Source: Octopus vulgaris | Lineage: Eukaryota | Assembly (NCBI GenBank): GCA_951406725.2 | Contig: OX597830.1 | Coordinates: forward strand, 3,596,001-3,660,000 | DNA: 64,000 nucleotides | Direction: 5' to 3' | Part shown: positions 35,440 through 50,296 of the stretch, in pieces | Layout: each line of letters begins with the position of its first letter | How positions within the stretch are numbered: the first letter of the stretch is position 1 | Program-made: the position numbers and the translations under genes | The notes under the pieces: model-generated | Told to the model about the DNA's origin: nothing | The model's database searches: none | The model's input: only the letters and a program-made list of their open reading frames with translations

Positions 35440-35655
35440 TGGACAGAGCCTCTGTCTGGTTGCTTGATATGCTAGAAACAACAGAAAAATCTTCATCAAA
35501 TCACAGCCTACAGTCTTAATATAAAAGGAAGGACTTATTGTATAATGTACTCCTAGATAGACTATATTTGAAGAAATATGAGATATACACTGTTGGAATA
35601 TTTCTAATCATAGATCTAGCCATCAGGCCTGACCTGGGGCTAAATAGTAACACAA
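35440..35655 (+). mobile_element. Old interspersed repeat family E (related pieces at ~38460-38790 plus, ~19500-19700 minus, ~58730-58880 minus)
   Basis: Shared tail TCATAG.T.TG....TCAG..CTGAC.TGG.G.TAAA.A.TAACA at ~35608-35655 and ~38548-38596. Confidence 0.5.
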
Positions 35656-36120
35656 TGAAGAAAATGAGATATCTTTAGATTTATATGAATTTCAAAGAAG
35701 ACATTTATGTAGTTCAAATGTGAAGTTAGCTGAATTTATTTTGTATTGAATTTCTGATTGTCTTCATCCAGGTTGGCCACAGTGAAACTGACATCACACA
35801 GACTTGAATATATTAACATTGCTTATAGCAGAAGCTTTCAAAGTGCCTTCTTCACTTCTGTAATTGGTTATCATCATTTCTATTGTGACGATATTGACGT
35901 TCTGCTTCAAGCATTCAAATATGGTATTCAATATTCTTGCTGCCTTTTTGATGCCATCTGATATCTTAGCAATATTTCCTGTGCCCTCAACCTACAATGA
36001 ACCCTGAGATTTATTTCTTTTTCTGGTAATCATTTCTAATTCTTTGATTCGGTCTTGCCAAGTTGACAGTATGAAAATCAAATTGCATCCATTTGGTGTT
36101 TTGCTTCTTGCATTCAGTGC

Positions 36121-36184
<64 letters not shown>

Positions 36185-36638
36185 AGCCATCCATAATTCA
36201 AGAAGAAATGAAGCAAAATTCAGGGTTTGGGATCTCCTTCATATCAGATGTGTTGCTTGAAATTTCCATATGGGTCTGTTCTTCACTTCTGATGTGGTTT
36301 CTACAAACAGGGTTTGACAAAATGCTAAAGTAATTTTCTTTCTTTAGATTCATCATCATCATTGTTATCATCGCTTCATTCATTATTTTGTTATCAATAC
36401 GGCCGTCAATCATTAATATTGTTATTAATTTTATCATTATTTGTTTCTGATCTCATCATCATCACTGTCTTCATTGTCATCATCATCATCATGAACAGCA
36501 GCAACAACATGTCTAGGAGCCTAGATATGCTTTTGTAGTGGACTGTTTGCAAATGACTATATCGTTGTTTACAACAATAGAGTCATGGAAACATACATGG
36601 TGACAAGTAAAAATATGAATTCACTTGCACACACGCAT

Positions 36639-36674
<36 letters not shown>

Positions 36675-38035
36675 TGCACAATAAGATTCAGTTTCTGTCC
36701 ACTTTGGTCAGTCCAGCGCTGAGTAGAAAACACTTGTTTAAGATGCCATGCAGTGAGACTGAACTTGAAACCACTTGGTTTCAAAGTAAACACAGCCATA
36801 CCCTAGGTAATGTAAAGGTGAAGTCAGATGGTGAGGTTGTATAAGAAGGAAACCTGTCGTGTGTGTGCAGAAGACAAGGATGAATCGAGCATGATATCTG
36901 TCAACTGCTTGGAAAAATATGTTGTTAGAAATCCTCCGTTTTCAAAACAGAAATTAATAAACATTTGTTTAGGTAGAAGAGTAAGGTTGTATTAAAATAT
37001 ATCCATATTGCAAGATTAAAAAGTTTGAACTAATCTTGATATAAAAAATTACTTATAACATCGAGAAAAAAAAAATTTAGTTGTATTTGTAAAGTTGCTT
37101 TCAACCAACAAATGTATTTTGTGAGTAATGCATTCCCGAGGATGAAGCTTCCATTGTATTATGTGATCCCTGCATATTTTTTGACAAGGATGAGAAGTAA
37201 AAATCTTATACCCAGTGAGATTGTTGCATTCAGTAATCTAGCATTGAACGTAGAAAGACTCTTTGGATAATATAACTTCAAAACAATATTCAGAAACAAT
37301 ACCACACTTTACAGATAATCCAGAAGGATAAATCTTGCTCAAAGGTAAAAGATAAAGTTAAAAGAAGTATTTATTTATTTCTGTATTGTGGTCTTCGTTA
37401 GTTAGAGGTTTCCAATCGGTCAATTGTTGTTTTGTTTGCATTTAGACATCGAAAGTACAAAGTGAGTGCAATCTTTCTTTGACTATCACTGATATTTATT
37501 TCCTTCACCAATAAACATTAGCAAAGATATACTTATTTGGATATCTACCTACCTACCTACCTTCCTATCTGTCTGTCTGTCTGTCTACCGTTCTGCATGC
37601 ACTTATGCAGTGTCCAACCATTTCGGACCTGTGGGCTTATGCCAAATAGCTGCTGTTACGTGTGGGACAAGTCTGCCTGTCAGCCAAGTCTATCATGAAA
37701 AGGAATGGTAGTGTCACCAGCCGTTTATGTATCAGGCTTAATGTACATACATCATTGAAAAGCAATTTGCTGCAGTAATTGACAAAGATAGCATGTGTTG
37801 TGTTTAAAAGCTCACTATATTTCATAGAGATATGAAAATCGTTCCAACATTGGCTAGTAAGAATGCCAGGTGCCTTTTGACCAAGTTGGACCTTCTCAGT
37901 GGTGTGCACTCATGGTCAGCATGATGCTAAAACAAGATTTTTCGCCTTTGTTATATAGGAAACTGAGAATAAACCATTCATCAGTAATACAAACAGACTC
38001 CCAGCTGCATAAAAATATGTTATATGCACCAGAAT

Positions 38036-38440
38036 CAGTATCAAATTTTAAAAAGCCCTCTATGTATCATATCTAATGTAATTTCATTGTTGAAAGGCAA
38101 TTTACTCCAGGGATAACATTTTTTTATGGAGGTGCAGTGTCTAAAAGTGCAATATGAATGAGGGAGATCAAAATCATTCTGGCAGCAGCTAGTGAGAACA
38201 CCAGATGCATTTTGACTTCATTGACTGGTTGTGTGTACATGCTATTGATGAGCTTCAATGAGGGTGAAATGCAGTAGGTATTCTTGCTGGATATTGCTGG
38301 AAGGATGTTCAACTTCCTCTGATATATATTATACTTTTAAACATGACACATCTATAAGAGATGTTATCTCTGGACAAATATTCCCTTTCAACAATGTATT
38401 TACATTATAATACATAGAAGGTTATTATAATAGAATACTG
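38036..38440. mobile_element. Diverged MITE with ~90-bp TIRs starting CAGTA (pogo/Tigger-like)
   Basis: CTATGTAT..TAATGTAA...CATTGTTGAAAGG.AAT....TCCAG.GATAACAT at 38059-38119 is mirrored at ~38358-38417. Confidence 0.7.
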
Positions 38441-39004
38441 TCTCAATTGCATATAACAGATATGTATATACAGCACATTGAACAGTATTGCCTTAGATAT
38501 ATTTGGCTTGGAAAAATTAATTATGGGCATTGCAGGAACACCTTTGATCATAGCTATGCTCAATCAGATCTGACTTGGAGATAAAAATAACAACAATATT
38601 TAATGCACCAATGAGGTGAAACAGTGCTCACCTTGCTACAAATTATGCTCTTCTGACATAAAAAGGACATACTCAACAATTTAGTCCAGATAAACTCTGT
38701 CTGAAGGAAGAAAAAATGTAATAGTTACTGCTGAAATGCCTTTGGGCATAAGTCTGATTGACTTCTTACTAACCAATAAGCAAAACAATCTCTTTTGGCA
38801 TGATATCAGTAAATTATCTCTTAGTGACTTTCTCGAAAAATAGAAAAATTTTGTCATGGAGTTTACATGGAAGAATGCAAAGATGGCTCTCTGCTATTGG
38901 TTATTTTTCTAATAATCTACCATCTTGTTTATAAGAAACAAACAAATGTACCACACTTGCTTGGATCATCAAAGTTGAACCAAATAACCTTTTCCATTAT
39001 AGTT

Positions 39005-39400
39005 ACAAGGCTTGAAATTTTCAAGAAGCAGAACACTTGATTATATCAATCCAGTGACTCAACTGGTATTTATTTTAATTACCTTACGAAGATGGAGAGG
39101 CAAAGTCGACCTTAGTGGAATTCGAACTCAGAATGTAAAGACAGACGAAACACCACTAAGCATTTTGTCTGGCATTCTAACAATCCTGCCAGTTAGAGTC
39201 AGAACAAGTAATGCAGAGCATTTTGTCAATACCATTTAACAAATTATACTTACTTCCTTGTGCTGGTGTTTTATTTGTTGCCATTCCTCCAAGGACAAAA
39301 GCCAGAGTTGACCACAAGAGAATTCGAACTCAGAAAGTGAAAGAGATAAATGACGTACCACAAAATGTTTTATCAAACATTCCAATGAATCGATTCACTA
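39005..39400 (-). mobile_element. SINE family B copy (39005-39195) plus a more diverged copy (39250-39400)
   Basis: GGCAAAGTCGACCT...GGAATTCGAACTCAGAA is the reverse complement of the family B head. Confidence 0.75.
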
Positions 39401-40744
39401 ACTTACAACAATAACACTAATAACAAAATCTCTTATTTTAATTAAACCTGCTGAGAATATTTCTAAGTTTTGAAGATTAAGGTAATTTACATACATAAAT
39501 TTTAGTATAAAACTATTAGTTTATGAATAGGTAACTAAATGGAACCTTTTCTATAGATCTATGTTATTTAAATATATTTACTACTTAACACATTAATAAT
39601 TCAACTTTTCATTCAGTTTTTATTGCAATATATAGGTTAGTTGCAATTAAAATTTCCTTTATATTCTAATTATTTTGTGTTAATTACTTTATATTAAAAT
39701 TTGACTTGTAATCCTTTGATGTCTATATTTTTTTGAAATTTTCATTAATCATTGCATCGGTTTAGACCAAATATCCAATTCCTGCCACTGAAGTTCAATT
39801 GAGTTGCCCAGAATAATTATCATTTTCTGCATTTTTAAATTCAAATTTAGTATAATTAATTGATGTCTGTGTCAATAAAAACTACTGTTATTAAAAACTT
39901 TAGATAATTAACTGTAATTATTATTAACTGATATTATTTAAAGCTTTTGATTATCTGTTATATGTGTTTGGCAATTTACCTGAAATATTTATCATTATAT
40001 ACTGAGGAATTCAGACCAATGTCCAATCTTTTATTTTTTTGGGGGGGGGTCACAGTATTTTGTCTGTTTTATCTTTCAGTGTTCGTCAGGTGTCTGTTGT
40101 GTTAAGAGGTTTTGTTGTTCATATTGACCCTACAACTCAAGTCCTTTACCTGTTTTATTCATTTCAATTTATTGAATTGCTAAGTTATTTCATACAAAGA
40201 GATGCAGACACACACAAATGCACACAAACATGTCTGTGAGTGTGTTTTGGGGGGGAACAGTGAATCTTGAAGCAGATCATGTTATAAATAGTAGCATGCT
40301 GGATTTAATACCAGATTTTGAAAAACCCCAATTATTTCATATTGTTGAAGTTTCTAGATTTTCCAATTGGAGTCGGATGTAGAGGGTTTGTTGGACACAG
40401 TGTGAGGTGACTGTTGTTATTGTTAGACCTAATTCATTATAATGTAAATACCACCATGACCTATATCCAAACTGCAGTGGAAAAAGCTAACCAGTGGATT
40501 TGGTTAAAAAGAGAGTGATGGCTAGAAGGATATAGAGCTATATTTAATAACCAGTTGATCTAGCAAGAGGGGCCTCATATCAGTGACATGGGAGCCAGTG
40601 TGCATTGATGCCATCGAGAGGTAAGCCCTGAAATGATGCACATTCTCTCCCAATGACCTCATACACTTGCTGGCTTCCAGTATGTGGAGTTCTCGACTGG
40701 TAGCACTTGCATGTGCAAGTTGTTTGCAAAACATATGACACAAA

Positions 40745-40775
<31 letters not shown>

Positions 40776-43609
40776 GTACACATCTATAAATACACGCGCA
40801 TGCACACACACACATGCATTGCCAGGTTGATGTAAAGCACCCAACAAGCAGTCTGCCATACTAAATGCAAAAACAGAAGAATCTCACACAATTTCACATT
40901 TAGTGAGTTGAACAACTTTGATTAACTGAGATTATCTTTACTATTGGCAGACAAAACTCACTCTGGGGATAATTAAAGCCTAAAATGAAGGAAGAGAGAT
41001 AACTCCATTAAGATCACTAATTAAAATTTTCAGATCTAGCCAATCAGTTTCCTAGAAATTACCAAGACTGCTGGTTGTACACCTTGCTTCAAGTACTAAA
41101 CCGTTTTAGTAGAATACTTTGTGGCATCATCTGGTGATTTCTTTTTCTCTCACTCCAATTTCAGTATTTCTTCTTGATTTAAAAAATGTGTCCTAATACC
41201 TTCAACTTACAGAAATATCAAACTGCTTACATAATTATGGAGAAACAAGTCATAGAATGTGTAGTGTAGAAGATACGTTCAGTATAAAGTATTGAAATGA
41301 CTGCATGTATATTATTAGAAGAATTCTTACAGAGAAGAAGAATATATTTAAGAACTATGTATTTACTCCATAAAATATATATTTTATTCATTGGTTGTTG
41401 ATGAAATATAATCAAAATGTAGAATTTAGTTGAATGAAGTGATGTATGCAAGGAAGTTCAGAAATGTAGAAATAACAGCTAAGTGGTGGTTTTCAGTGAT
41501 GTGTCATAGACAGGCATAGCAACGACGTGAATGGCTCAGGGTCTAGTCGACTAGGAAGCAAAGAGCAGGGCAAGCAAGCTGTTTTTGACATTCTAGAAAC
41601 TTCCAAGAGAAACGCGAAGCTTCTTGAATAATTAAGAATTACTTCTGTCGTAAGTGCTTTGAGAACCTCATTAAAGGGAGATTACTCTATAAACCTTCTT
41701 GCAAGATCGATCATTCAACTATTTTAGCTACAGACCACTACAAAAGGAATACTACTTCACCTTAAAGCATCTTCCTGTAGTTTCTTGTTTTTGTTTTTAT
41801 GTTTTGAGGAATGCAATGAAACTATTAACTTGAAGATTCCATCTCTCATATATTTGATTTTTAAAAGCATTTTCTAACCATTATTATAATGTTAAGGGTG
41901 GGAAATCATAGAGAACGAAAGTGATTTGGAATATTGTGATATTTTGTCAATGGAATTTGGTAAAAGGAATTGTTTAAGGGCCTGTGATGCTGTCTCAAGT
42001 TTTCTTGATTGTCAAAATTGTATGGGGTCAATAATTTTTCCTGTCGATTTTATGTCATCATCAGCACACTTATGTCACATGAGAATATTTTGATATTTGT
42101 ATTTTGCAAAATTTATTCTTGAGTAATTTATCTATAAGAATTTTGAATCTTAACTGATTTTAAACAAATTTTGAGAGAATGCATTTTCTGTATGTATCGG
42201 ATATTCCATTACACATAATATTTGCCTTTATCTTTTTTTTTAAGTTTTCTGTCGTTAAAGCCAGGAATTAGAAATGCATATTTAATTCGTTAGTTTAACA
42301 TTTTCTCTCATCCTGAATACCAAACAACAGAAACTTAAGAAAATTGGAAGCAGTTAACTCCTTGAAGTATTGATATATTGTTGACAAAGCATTCAATATT
42401 TAACTCCTAATCAGATGATTGTGAAAGGCTTATCTGATATATTTTATCTGGAGAAAAAGTTGGTTTCACTGAAAATTGTTACTTCCAAATAATGAAATTT
42501 TAATATTCTTTTAAACACTTCTGATGTTTCCAAAAATCACTGATAACTTTTAAAATGTTCTTTCAAAGTTGAAAAGTGTCGATGGGGAATTTTCATAAAT
42601 TTCGAAAAGAATATTCCCTTTAGAATCTGAAAATATATCATTTTTTTTTCTATAATAAAATGATTTCTTTGTTTCTTTTGTTTTCAATTTTGTTTTTTTG
42701 CATCTAATTTTTACTGGTGAAAAAATAATTTAAACAAAAATATGTAGAAAGAGAAGAAAGCATATTCAAGATAAAAATTTTTTGGGTATTTTCCAAAATT
42801 TGATAATTGTTCCCATTTAGAATAAATAATGTGTCTAGGTTACTTTAATAGCTATAACAAATGGTACCTGCATGAAAAATTATTAGATACCAGCTGTGAG
42901 ATTTTTGTACAAATTCTTAGTATTTTTAAGATTTTACTTATCAAAAACTGTGATTGCTTGTATTTCCATATTGTTGTTCTAGGATGATATGGTTATGGAA
43001 CATTCTTGGAAATGCCTGTCTACAAGTGATTCTGCTTTACTGCTTACTGGATTATTGTGCCTAATTTCAAAGAACCAGATCATTTAGCAATGAATTAATT
43101 GCTTAATCACATATGGATGGTACTGTTCCAACTTGGGATGCAAACAGAAATAACATCAGATATTGTTGATCAAATTTGTAGGTAAAGAATTTAGGGAGTT
43201 CTTTTTGTTTGTCTTTTGTGTATGTGAAATATTTTCATTTGTATTCATCATCATCATCATCAACATCATCATGATATTCAACATCGTTTTAATATCTATT
43301 TTTCCACACTTGCCTGAGTCAGATGAAGTTTACTGAAATACATTTTCTATGGATTGATATCCTTCCAGTCGCCAACTCTCATCCTTTTCCATGTAAGGTG
43401 ATATTTCCCCGTGGCCAGGCATGTTTTTGTGGAATATTGGAAATGGATAACACTGCATATGTGAGAGTAACATTCATTTATAACTATTATGCAGTGTGAA
43501 GACAAAGAGACACAACACACACACACACAAATGCACACACACACACGCACGCTCACACACACACACACACATGCTCCCGTACACACACACACATATATAT
43601 CATTATGAA

Positions 43610-43840
43610 AGGCAGCAAGCTGGCAGAAACGTTAGCACGCTGGGCGAAATGCGTAGCCGTATTTCGTCTGTCGTTACGTTCTGAGTTCAAATTCTGCCGA
43701 GGTCGACTTTGCCTTTCATCCTTTCGGGGTCAATAAATTAAGTACCAGTTACGTACTGGGGTCGATGTAATCGACTTAATCCCTTTGTCTGTCCTTGTTT
43801 GTCCCCTCTGTGTTTAGCCCCTTGTGGGTAGTAAAGAAAT
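43610..43840 (+). mobile_element. Well-preserved SINE family B
   Basis: Close match to 19960-20224, without the internal duplication. Confidence 0.92.
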
Positions 43841-43849
43841 ATATATATA

Positions 43850-44395
43850 TCTTTTGTACTTTTACTTTTATTTGTTTCAGTCATTTGACTGTGGCCATGC
43901 TGGGGAACCACCTTTAGTCGTACAAATCAACCCCAGGACTTATTCTTTCTAAGCCTAGTACTTATTCTATTAGTCTTCTGCCGAACCGCTTAGTCATGGA
44001 GACATAAACACACCAACATTAGTTGTCACAGAATAGTGGGCGGGGGACAAACACAGACATACATTTATATATATATATATGATGGGCTTCTTTCAGTTTC
44101 CATCTACCAAATCCACTCACAAGGTTTGATCAGCCTGAGGCTATAGTAGAAGACACTTGCCCAAGGTGTCACGCAGTGGGACTGAACCCGGAACCATGTG
44201 GTTGATAAGAAAGCTACTTACCGCACAGTCACTTCTGCGCCTATTTGATGAGCTTCTTTCAATTTCAGTTGACCAAATCCCTGAAACAGCTTAGGGTGTC
44301 TGATAGCTATAGTAGAAGCTTGGCCAAGGTGCTATGCAGTGGGATTGAACCCAGAACCATGTGGTAGGGAAACAAACTTCTTAACCACACAGCGA
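43850..44395 (-). mobile_element. Full SINE family A (43850-44243) plus an older head-only copy (44245-44395)
   Basis: Similarity to 21787-22207. Confidence 0.88.
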
Positions 44396-45009
44396 CACCA
44401 CAAAATTATAACCTTTCCCTGTCCAGTCTCCATGTAGAACCAGTAATTCTGAAACAATAGTTTTGGTGAGATAGTTCAATGGGTAACTTAATCTGTGCTT
44501 CTTATTTGGTTAGGAACAAATGTTGAATCAAAATTTCTTTTCAGCTAATTTGTTTAGTGTTTTTTTATCTTGCTGGTCAATAGGAAAAAGAAAAAAATTA
44601 CAAAGAAGACGGTGAAAGATATTGAAAGAGTACTTTATGGTGGAGGGTAAATCCAGATTTTCCTTATAATCAGTTTAGTGGGTATAATAATTACTAAAGT
44701 CATATATTTAAGTAGTGCTAGGAAGTATAATATATACACCGAAATATATCTTGAGACAGACGAAAAATATACCTGAAAAAGTGATATTTTATCAAGTATC
44801 TGCTTTCTTTCTGTTGTAAAGAAAGATCAAATGAAAATGAATCAATATTACGTGCTTCTTTTCTTTCTCTCTTTTCTTTTTTCTCTTTTCTTTCTTTGAT
44901 GCAGAATTAGTCTTCAACAACAACAGAAAAACAGAAGGCAAATACGTTGTTTGTGTTCTCCATTAAGAAAGTCATCTCCATTTGGGTTGGAAATACACAG
45001 AAAGGGTCT

Positions 45010-45545
45010 TTATTTTGTCTTTTGTCTTTTACTTGTTTCAGTCAATAGACTGTGGCCATGCTGGAGCATTGCTTTGAAGAATTTTAACTGAATGAATCAA
45101 CCCAAGTATTTTTCTTTAAGCCCGGTACTTAGTCTATTGGTCTCTTACAACTAACTTTAATTGTAGAATACTCCCAAGCACATTTTATGGCCCCCACCAC
45201 TCTTCAACATCACTCCTCCACCGTTTCCATTTTCTCATTTGCATTCTTTGTCTGCTGTAATAGAACCACCATATTTTGCCAATGCAAAAGATCCCACCCC
45301 TTTCTTGGAATCTACTGTTTGGGATGGATTGTTTTCTTGTCAGTTACTGCCAATTCTTTTATTCTTTTATTTGTTTCAGTCATTTGACTGCAGCCATGCT
45401 GGAGCACCACCTTTAGTCGAACAAATCAATCCCAGAACTTATTCTTTGTAAGCCTAGTACTTATTCCATCGGTCTCTCTTGCCAAACCACTAAGTGATGG
45501 GGATGTAAACACACCAGCATCGGTTGTCAAGCGATGTTGTGGGGA

Positions 45546-45609
<64 letters not shown>

Positions 45610-45760
45610 CGATGGGCTTCTTTCAGTTTCCATCTACCAAATCCACTCACAAGGCTTTGGTCATACCAAGGCTATAGTAGAAACACTTGCCCAAGGTGCC
45701 ATGAACCCGGAACCATGTGGTTGGTAAGCAAGCTACTTATGACACAGCCAATCCTGCACC
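45010..45760 (-). mobile_element. SINE family A: 3' fragment (45010-45150) and full copy (45355-45760)
   Basis: Similarity to 21787-22207; internal (CA)n(TA)n. Confidence 0.88.
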
Positions 45761-46099
45761 AATGAAACATTTACAGTGATGGTGCAATATCTTTGTCAAA
45801 GATGAGTGAAAGACACAATCAAATGGAACTGAAGGCAGGGATGTCATAAAAGGGATTACGTGAGTAAACACAGAGTAAAGAAGCATGTGTCTGTACAAAC
45901 ACATCCACACACAAAATAACTTTCATGTTTGACTGATTAAAATGTGTTCTAAATCATGTTTAACAGGCAACACACAGTCAAATATATAGATATTTTATAT
46001 ACATTTCATCAGCATCATCATCATCATCATCATCCTTATTATTAGTAGTAGTAACTCCCGCATCATTTTACAAAGCTTGCAATGTCTAAGGTGAGCATA

Positions 46100-47150
46100 A
46101 TAATAATTGACCATAAAGAAAGAATTTGGTTAAGTGCTCAAGTATTTACAACATTAAGTGAATGTAGATTTGTAATTGTAAACCTGAAGTGATGCTTCAT
46201 GGGAAACAGCTTCTGAGTGTGTAAATCAACAATCAGCCTGGATATAATAATGAACTTGTAAGCATATAGGACATTTACGCACAACTTAACAGTTTGTTGG
46301 AGGATTTACAAAAAAAGGAAGTGACACACAATACATTTTCTGGCTAATAAATGCTAGTTTGAAAGGTTTAAAAACTGCCTAAATTTGCATATCATTAAAA
46401 CCATTAGTGATGGTGTTAGTGTTGAGAGTCTGCTACAAATCAATCAGAGGAATTAAAGAAAAGAATTGCTAGAGAAGAATACACAATAAGTATATAATAT
46501 TGATGAAAGTGGGCTTTACTGGATGTGCAGGCCAGCCAGGGCTTTTATTCTAGTGAAGAAAAATTAACACATAACTTTAAAACTTTCAAAAATTGCCTGA
46601 TGCTTCTTTTATGAAGAAATGCTGTTAGTAAATATGAGGCTAAATATGTGTAAACTACTTTGAAAATTTAAGTGCTCTTTAGAGCTATGCTTAAGCTAAT
46701 TATAATTGGTATTCAACTTGGAATGGTTGTATAATTGCAATCGTTTCCAAGATAGGCTTACAAACCTTTTTGTCTTGCAGTAGAAAGGTAGAGTGCCAAG
46801 TATAAAATTTTGAATAAAGCATTCTTGTTTCTAGATAATACAATTTTACACAAAACCCAGGAAATTCTTTTCTGCTGATGTGAATGTTGCATATAGCCCC
46901 AAGAACGTAATTTATTTGTTCCCTCCAATGGATTAAGGTGTAATACCCACGTCAAGGCATTATCTGTAAAGAACTTACAAAGAACTCAAAAAGTCAATTA
47001 TTGGGGAAAATAATGCTACAGTTAAAGACTTCTGGAAGAAGCTCAATATTTAATGTATTGTAGGTAATCTACTCAAATAATGAAATGAAGAGAAAGCTTG
47101 GGCTTTGAACAATGTTTGCAAAGACTTATCCCACACTGTGTCATTGACAA
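46100..47150 (+). mobile_element. Decayed pogo/Tigger transposase
   Basis: Fragments FERFKNCLNLHIIK, EELKKRIAREEYT, YNIDESGLYW, PMD*GVI, KAHYL-like and VKDFWKKLNI follow the Tigger CENPB-HTH/DDE_1 motif order. Confidence 0.75.
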
Positions 47151-48849
47151 CATAGATTTTCCACCTGCAGAAAGTTTACATCCAGTTTGATATGGTATTG
47201 TGGCACTGGGAAAGTGTTAGAAGTAGTCAAAGAAAATGTTGTTGCTGTTAAGGTGTTAGTGGTAATATCCCATGGTAAATGTTTGTCTCCCAAGGAACTG
47301 GTGCTGTTAGAATTAAACAAGCTGCTGGACAAGATGCAGAAGATCCACCCACTTTGGCAGATGCAAAGATTATGGCACTGTCATTGGATGATTATCATTA
47401 TATTTCCTCATTATCATCTTTATTAATAACGATTCTAATCATAGATGTAACATAAAGTTAGAAATGGATTTCATAATAAGTTCCTACTCCGAGCTGTACA
47501 AAGAAATGATACACCTTAGACATCAGACACCTTTGGCAAAGTTGTTCAGCTTTGAAGCAGATGCTGATAATATTGATCTACAAGCAGGAAACGGTGTCCC
47601 TCTTCCTCCAAATAATTCTTATTGTACCATTTCTTATCAAACAGAAGTCTTTAGTACACATGTACTCTATGCTACAATATTCCTGAATTCATATCTATTC
47701 CTTAGTGTATTTCTCATCAAGTGTCTGAAAGTGTATATAATGCACTGTGGATATATTTAAAAATGGATATTTTCATACATAAAAGATGGCCATAGTATTT
47801 TCCTTTGAAAAATCCCTGCCAAGAAGCATTTCAATCCTTGGCATAAAAAAAAGACGGTGGGAAAAGAAGTTTGGCAAAGTGGCATTCCCTTTATGACAAG
47901 ATTTGTAGAAAATAATACTTCCATAATGCTGTGGGGATACACACACACATATATACATGTGTACATGTATACACACATATATATTTACTTATATAAACAT
48001 ATTTAGCTTTGTGTTTTCACTTGAACACACTGTGTAGCCAGTCTGGAGTATAAATATTTATTATATGAGACAAAAACGTAACTGATTTTCAATTCATTAT
48101 GAAACTGCTAATTTGATGCATGAAATTCAGTGTATAATTCACTAAATGGTTAATATTTTGATATTAGACAGGCACAGTTTCTCCATGCCATTCAGTCTTG
48201 ATCTATACACTACACTGAATGCTGTTTAACCCACATGCCACAAATGAGGCTCCACAAATATATTGTCATGAAGCCAGAAATAATTCTGCTTTTTGTTAAG
48301 TGTCATTTTAGAGTGAGGAGTGCCAGTCTGTGTGTGCATGTATGTGTGTGTGTGGATGTGCATGCACGCATCTGTGGATGTTTGTGTGTTAAGTTGTATG
48401 TGAATTTCTGGCGGTTAAGTTAATTTTTAGAAGCAAACTTTATTTCCTCTGAGCATATAAATTAGTAATAATTAATATATCATAAAAAAGGAAAGTGAGA
48501 GCAAGAGAGAGAGAGAGAGAGAGAGAGAGCAAGAGAGAGAGTGAGAGAGAGTGTGTGTGTGTGTGTGACAAATACAATTGTGTATATGAATATAAATATG
48601 TTGTAAAGACAGTAGGGCTTATGCTTACTCACACAGGTCCAGTAGTATGTTTCCTTTTGTAGATGTTTGTGAGTACATATATGTGTGTGTACACGTATAT
48701 ATGTACCTGTGTATAAATGTGTGCATGTGTATATATGATGATATTTATGCATATACTTGTGTATACATTATATATATATATATATAATATATAGTGCGTG
48801 TATTTTTATTGGCTAAACTGGCAACATGACCATTTCTAAATACAACAAC

Positions 48850-48893
<44 letters not shown>

Positions 48894-50296
48894 TGAGTAA
48901 CAAACAGGTACAGGTGTCAATTCATTACGGCCATTTCTAACGACTCCTTTAATTGAATAATGAGAACATTACATCATTGCAAAGAAACCGTTTCTAGTTT
49001 TGGGCTTGGCTTTCTCAGTCAGGTATAATTAGTGTATTTAACTCAAATAGAATTATTTTTATCTTTTATTTTCTATTGTTTATTTGATTCAGTCATTACA
49101 CTGTGGCCATGCTGGAGCACTGCCTTGAGGAAATGTCATTTAGATGAATGAATCAACCCCAGTAGTTACTGTTTTAAAGCCTGTTATGTATATGTTCCAC
49201 TAAGTTATGGAGACATAAGCACACCAACGCCGGTTATTTGTCAAGTGGTGGTGGTGGTGAGGACAAAATATGTGTTCTTGAATGGTTTACAAACATCTTC
49301 CATGCTGCAATTAATATTATTATTATCATTATTATTATTTTAATTTTTTAATTCTATAATTAGATTGCTTAATTATTTAAAATTACATTTTAATTTATTT
49401 TTCTTTTTGTAATTTATTTTTTACTTATTTTTTTACTTCATTTTATTAACTTAGTTAATCATATTGCTATTATTTTAATTCTTAATATTTACTTTTTTAA
49501 GAAAATAATGTTTTTGAAATAGAATATCTTCCTTAGTAAATAATATATATATTGGTTATTTTCCTTTACAATTCTCATTGACATAACCTGTTTCCTTCAA
49601 ATCATAGTCTTATATTTAGAATCATTATTGACATGTCCATCATAACCAAAATAATTATCTATTAAATAGCCTCTTTCTCATCTGCCTATTTGAATAATTT
49701 AAATGGGGCAGGAATTGTGTCATAAGTATTTTCCAAGCTGATCGAGGGAATTGAAGAAACTAAGTACCATATTACAATTCTAGAATGATCTGATTAATAC
49801 CTTCTTTAAGTAGGCATTCTGAAATATCTCCTGCTCCCTGTATTGATTAAATATGCTTATTTTTACCATTATCTATCCCCTTTGAAATATTCTCTATTCT
49901 AAGTAATGTGATATAGTTTGGCTACGGATAGGATGGTTTTAAATTTCTCTATTTCTGTAGAATCTTTGTCGATCAAATAAGGGATTGATTAATATATGCA
50001 TGATTACTGCATCACAGAACTTTCAAATGCCAATCTGTCGGAAATGCATGCAAGTAGATTAAAATATAATTCTCCATTCTGTTGTGTTTTTCTACTATAC
50101 TCTGTGACCTTAAACAAATTTTATTTGGTCTTCCATCTTCAGAGTTACAAACTGGATAGACAGTGGAAAGTAATTTTATAGCTGATGCAGATTATGATGG
50201 CTTTCATTGGAAAATTTAGTCAAGTTTGACCCTATGGGGAGCTTATAAAGTATTGGCCCAGACTTTTAATCTCTTTTTGCTTTGTTATACACATCT

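Noticed and set aside
35750-36340. Possible hAT transposase relic on the minus strand
   Set aside because: Only a faint resemblance (NKSQGSL..GNIAKISDGIK); too weak to call.
40070-40095. Minus-strand GACAC-CTGACGA-ACACT-GAAA as a hammerhead
   Set aside because: No stem II can form, and there is no cleavage triplet followed by a stem I partner.
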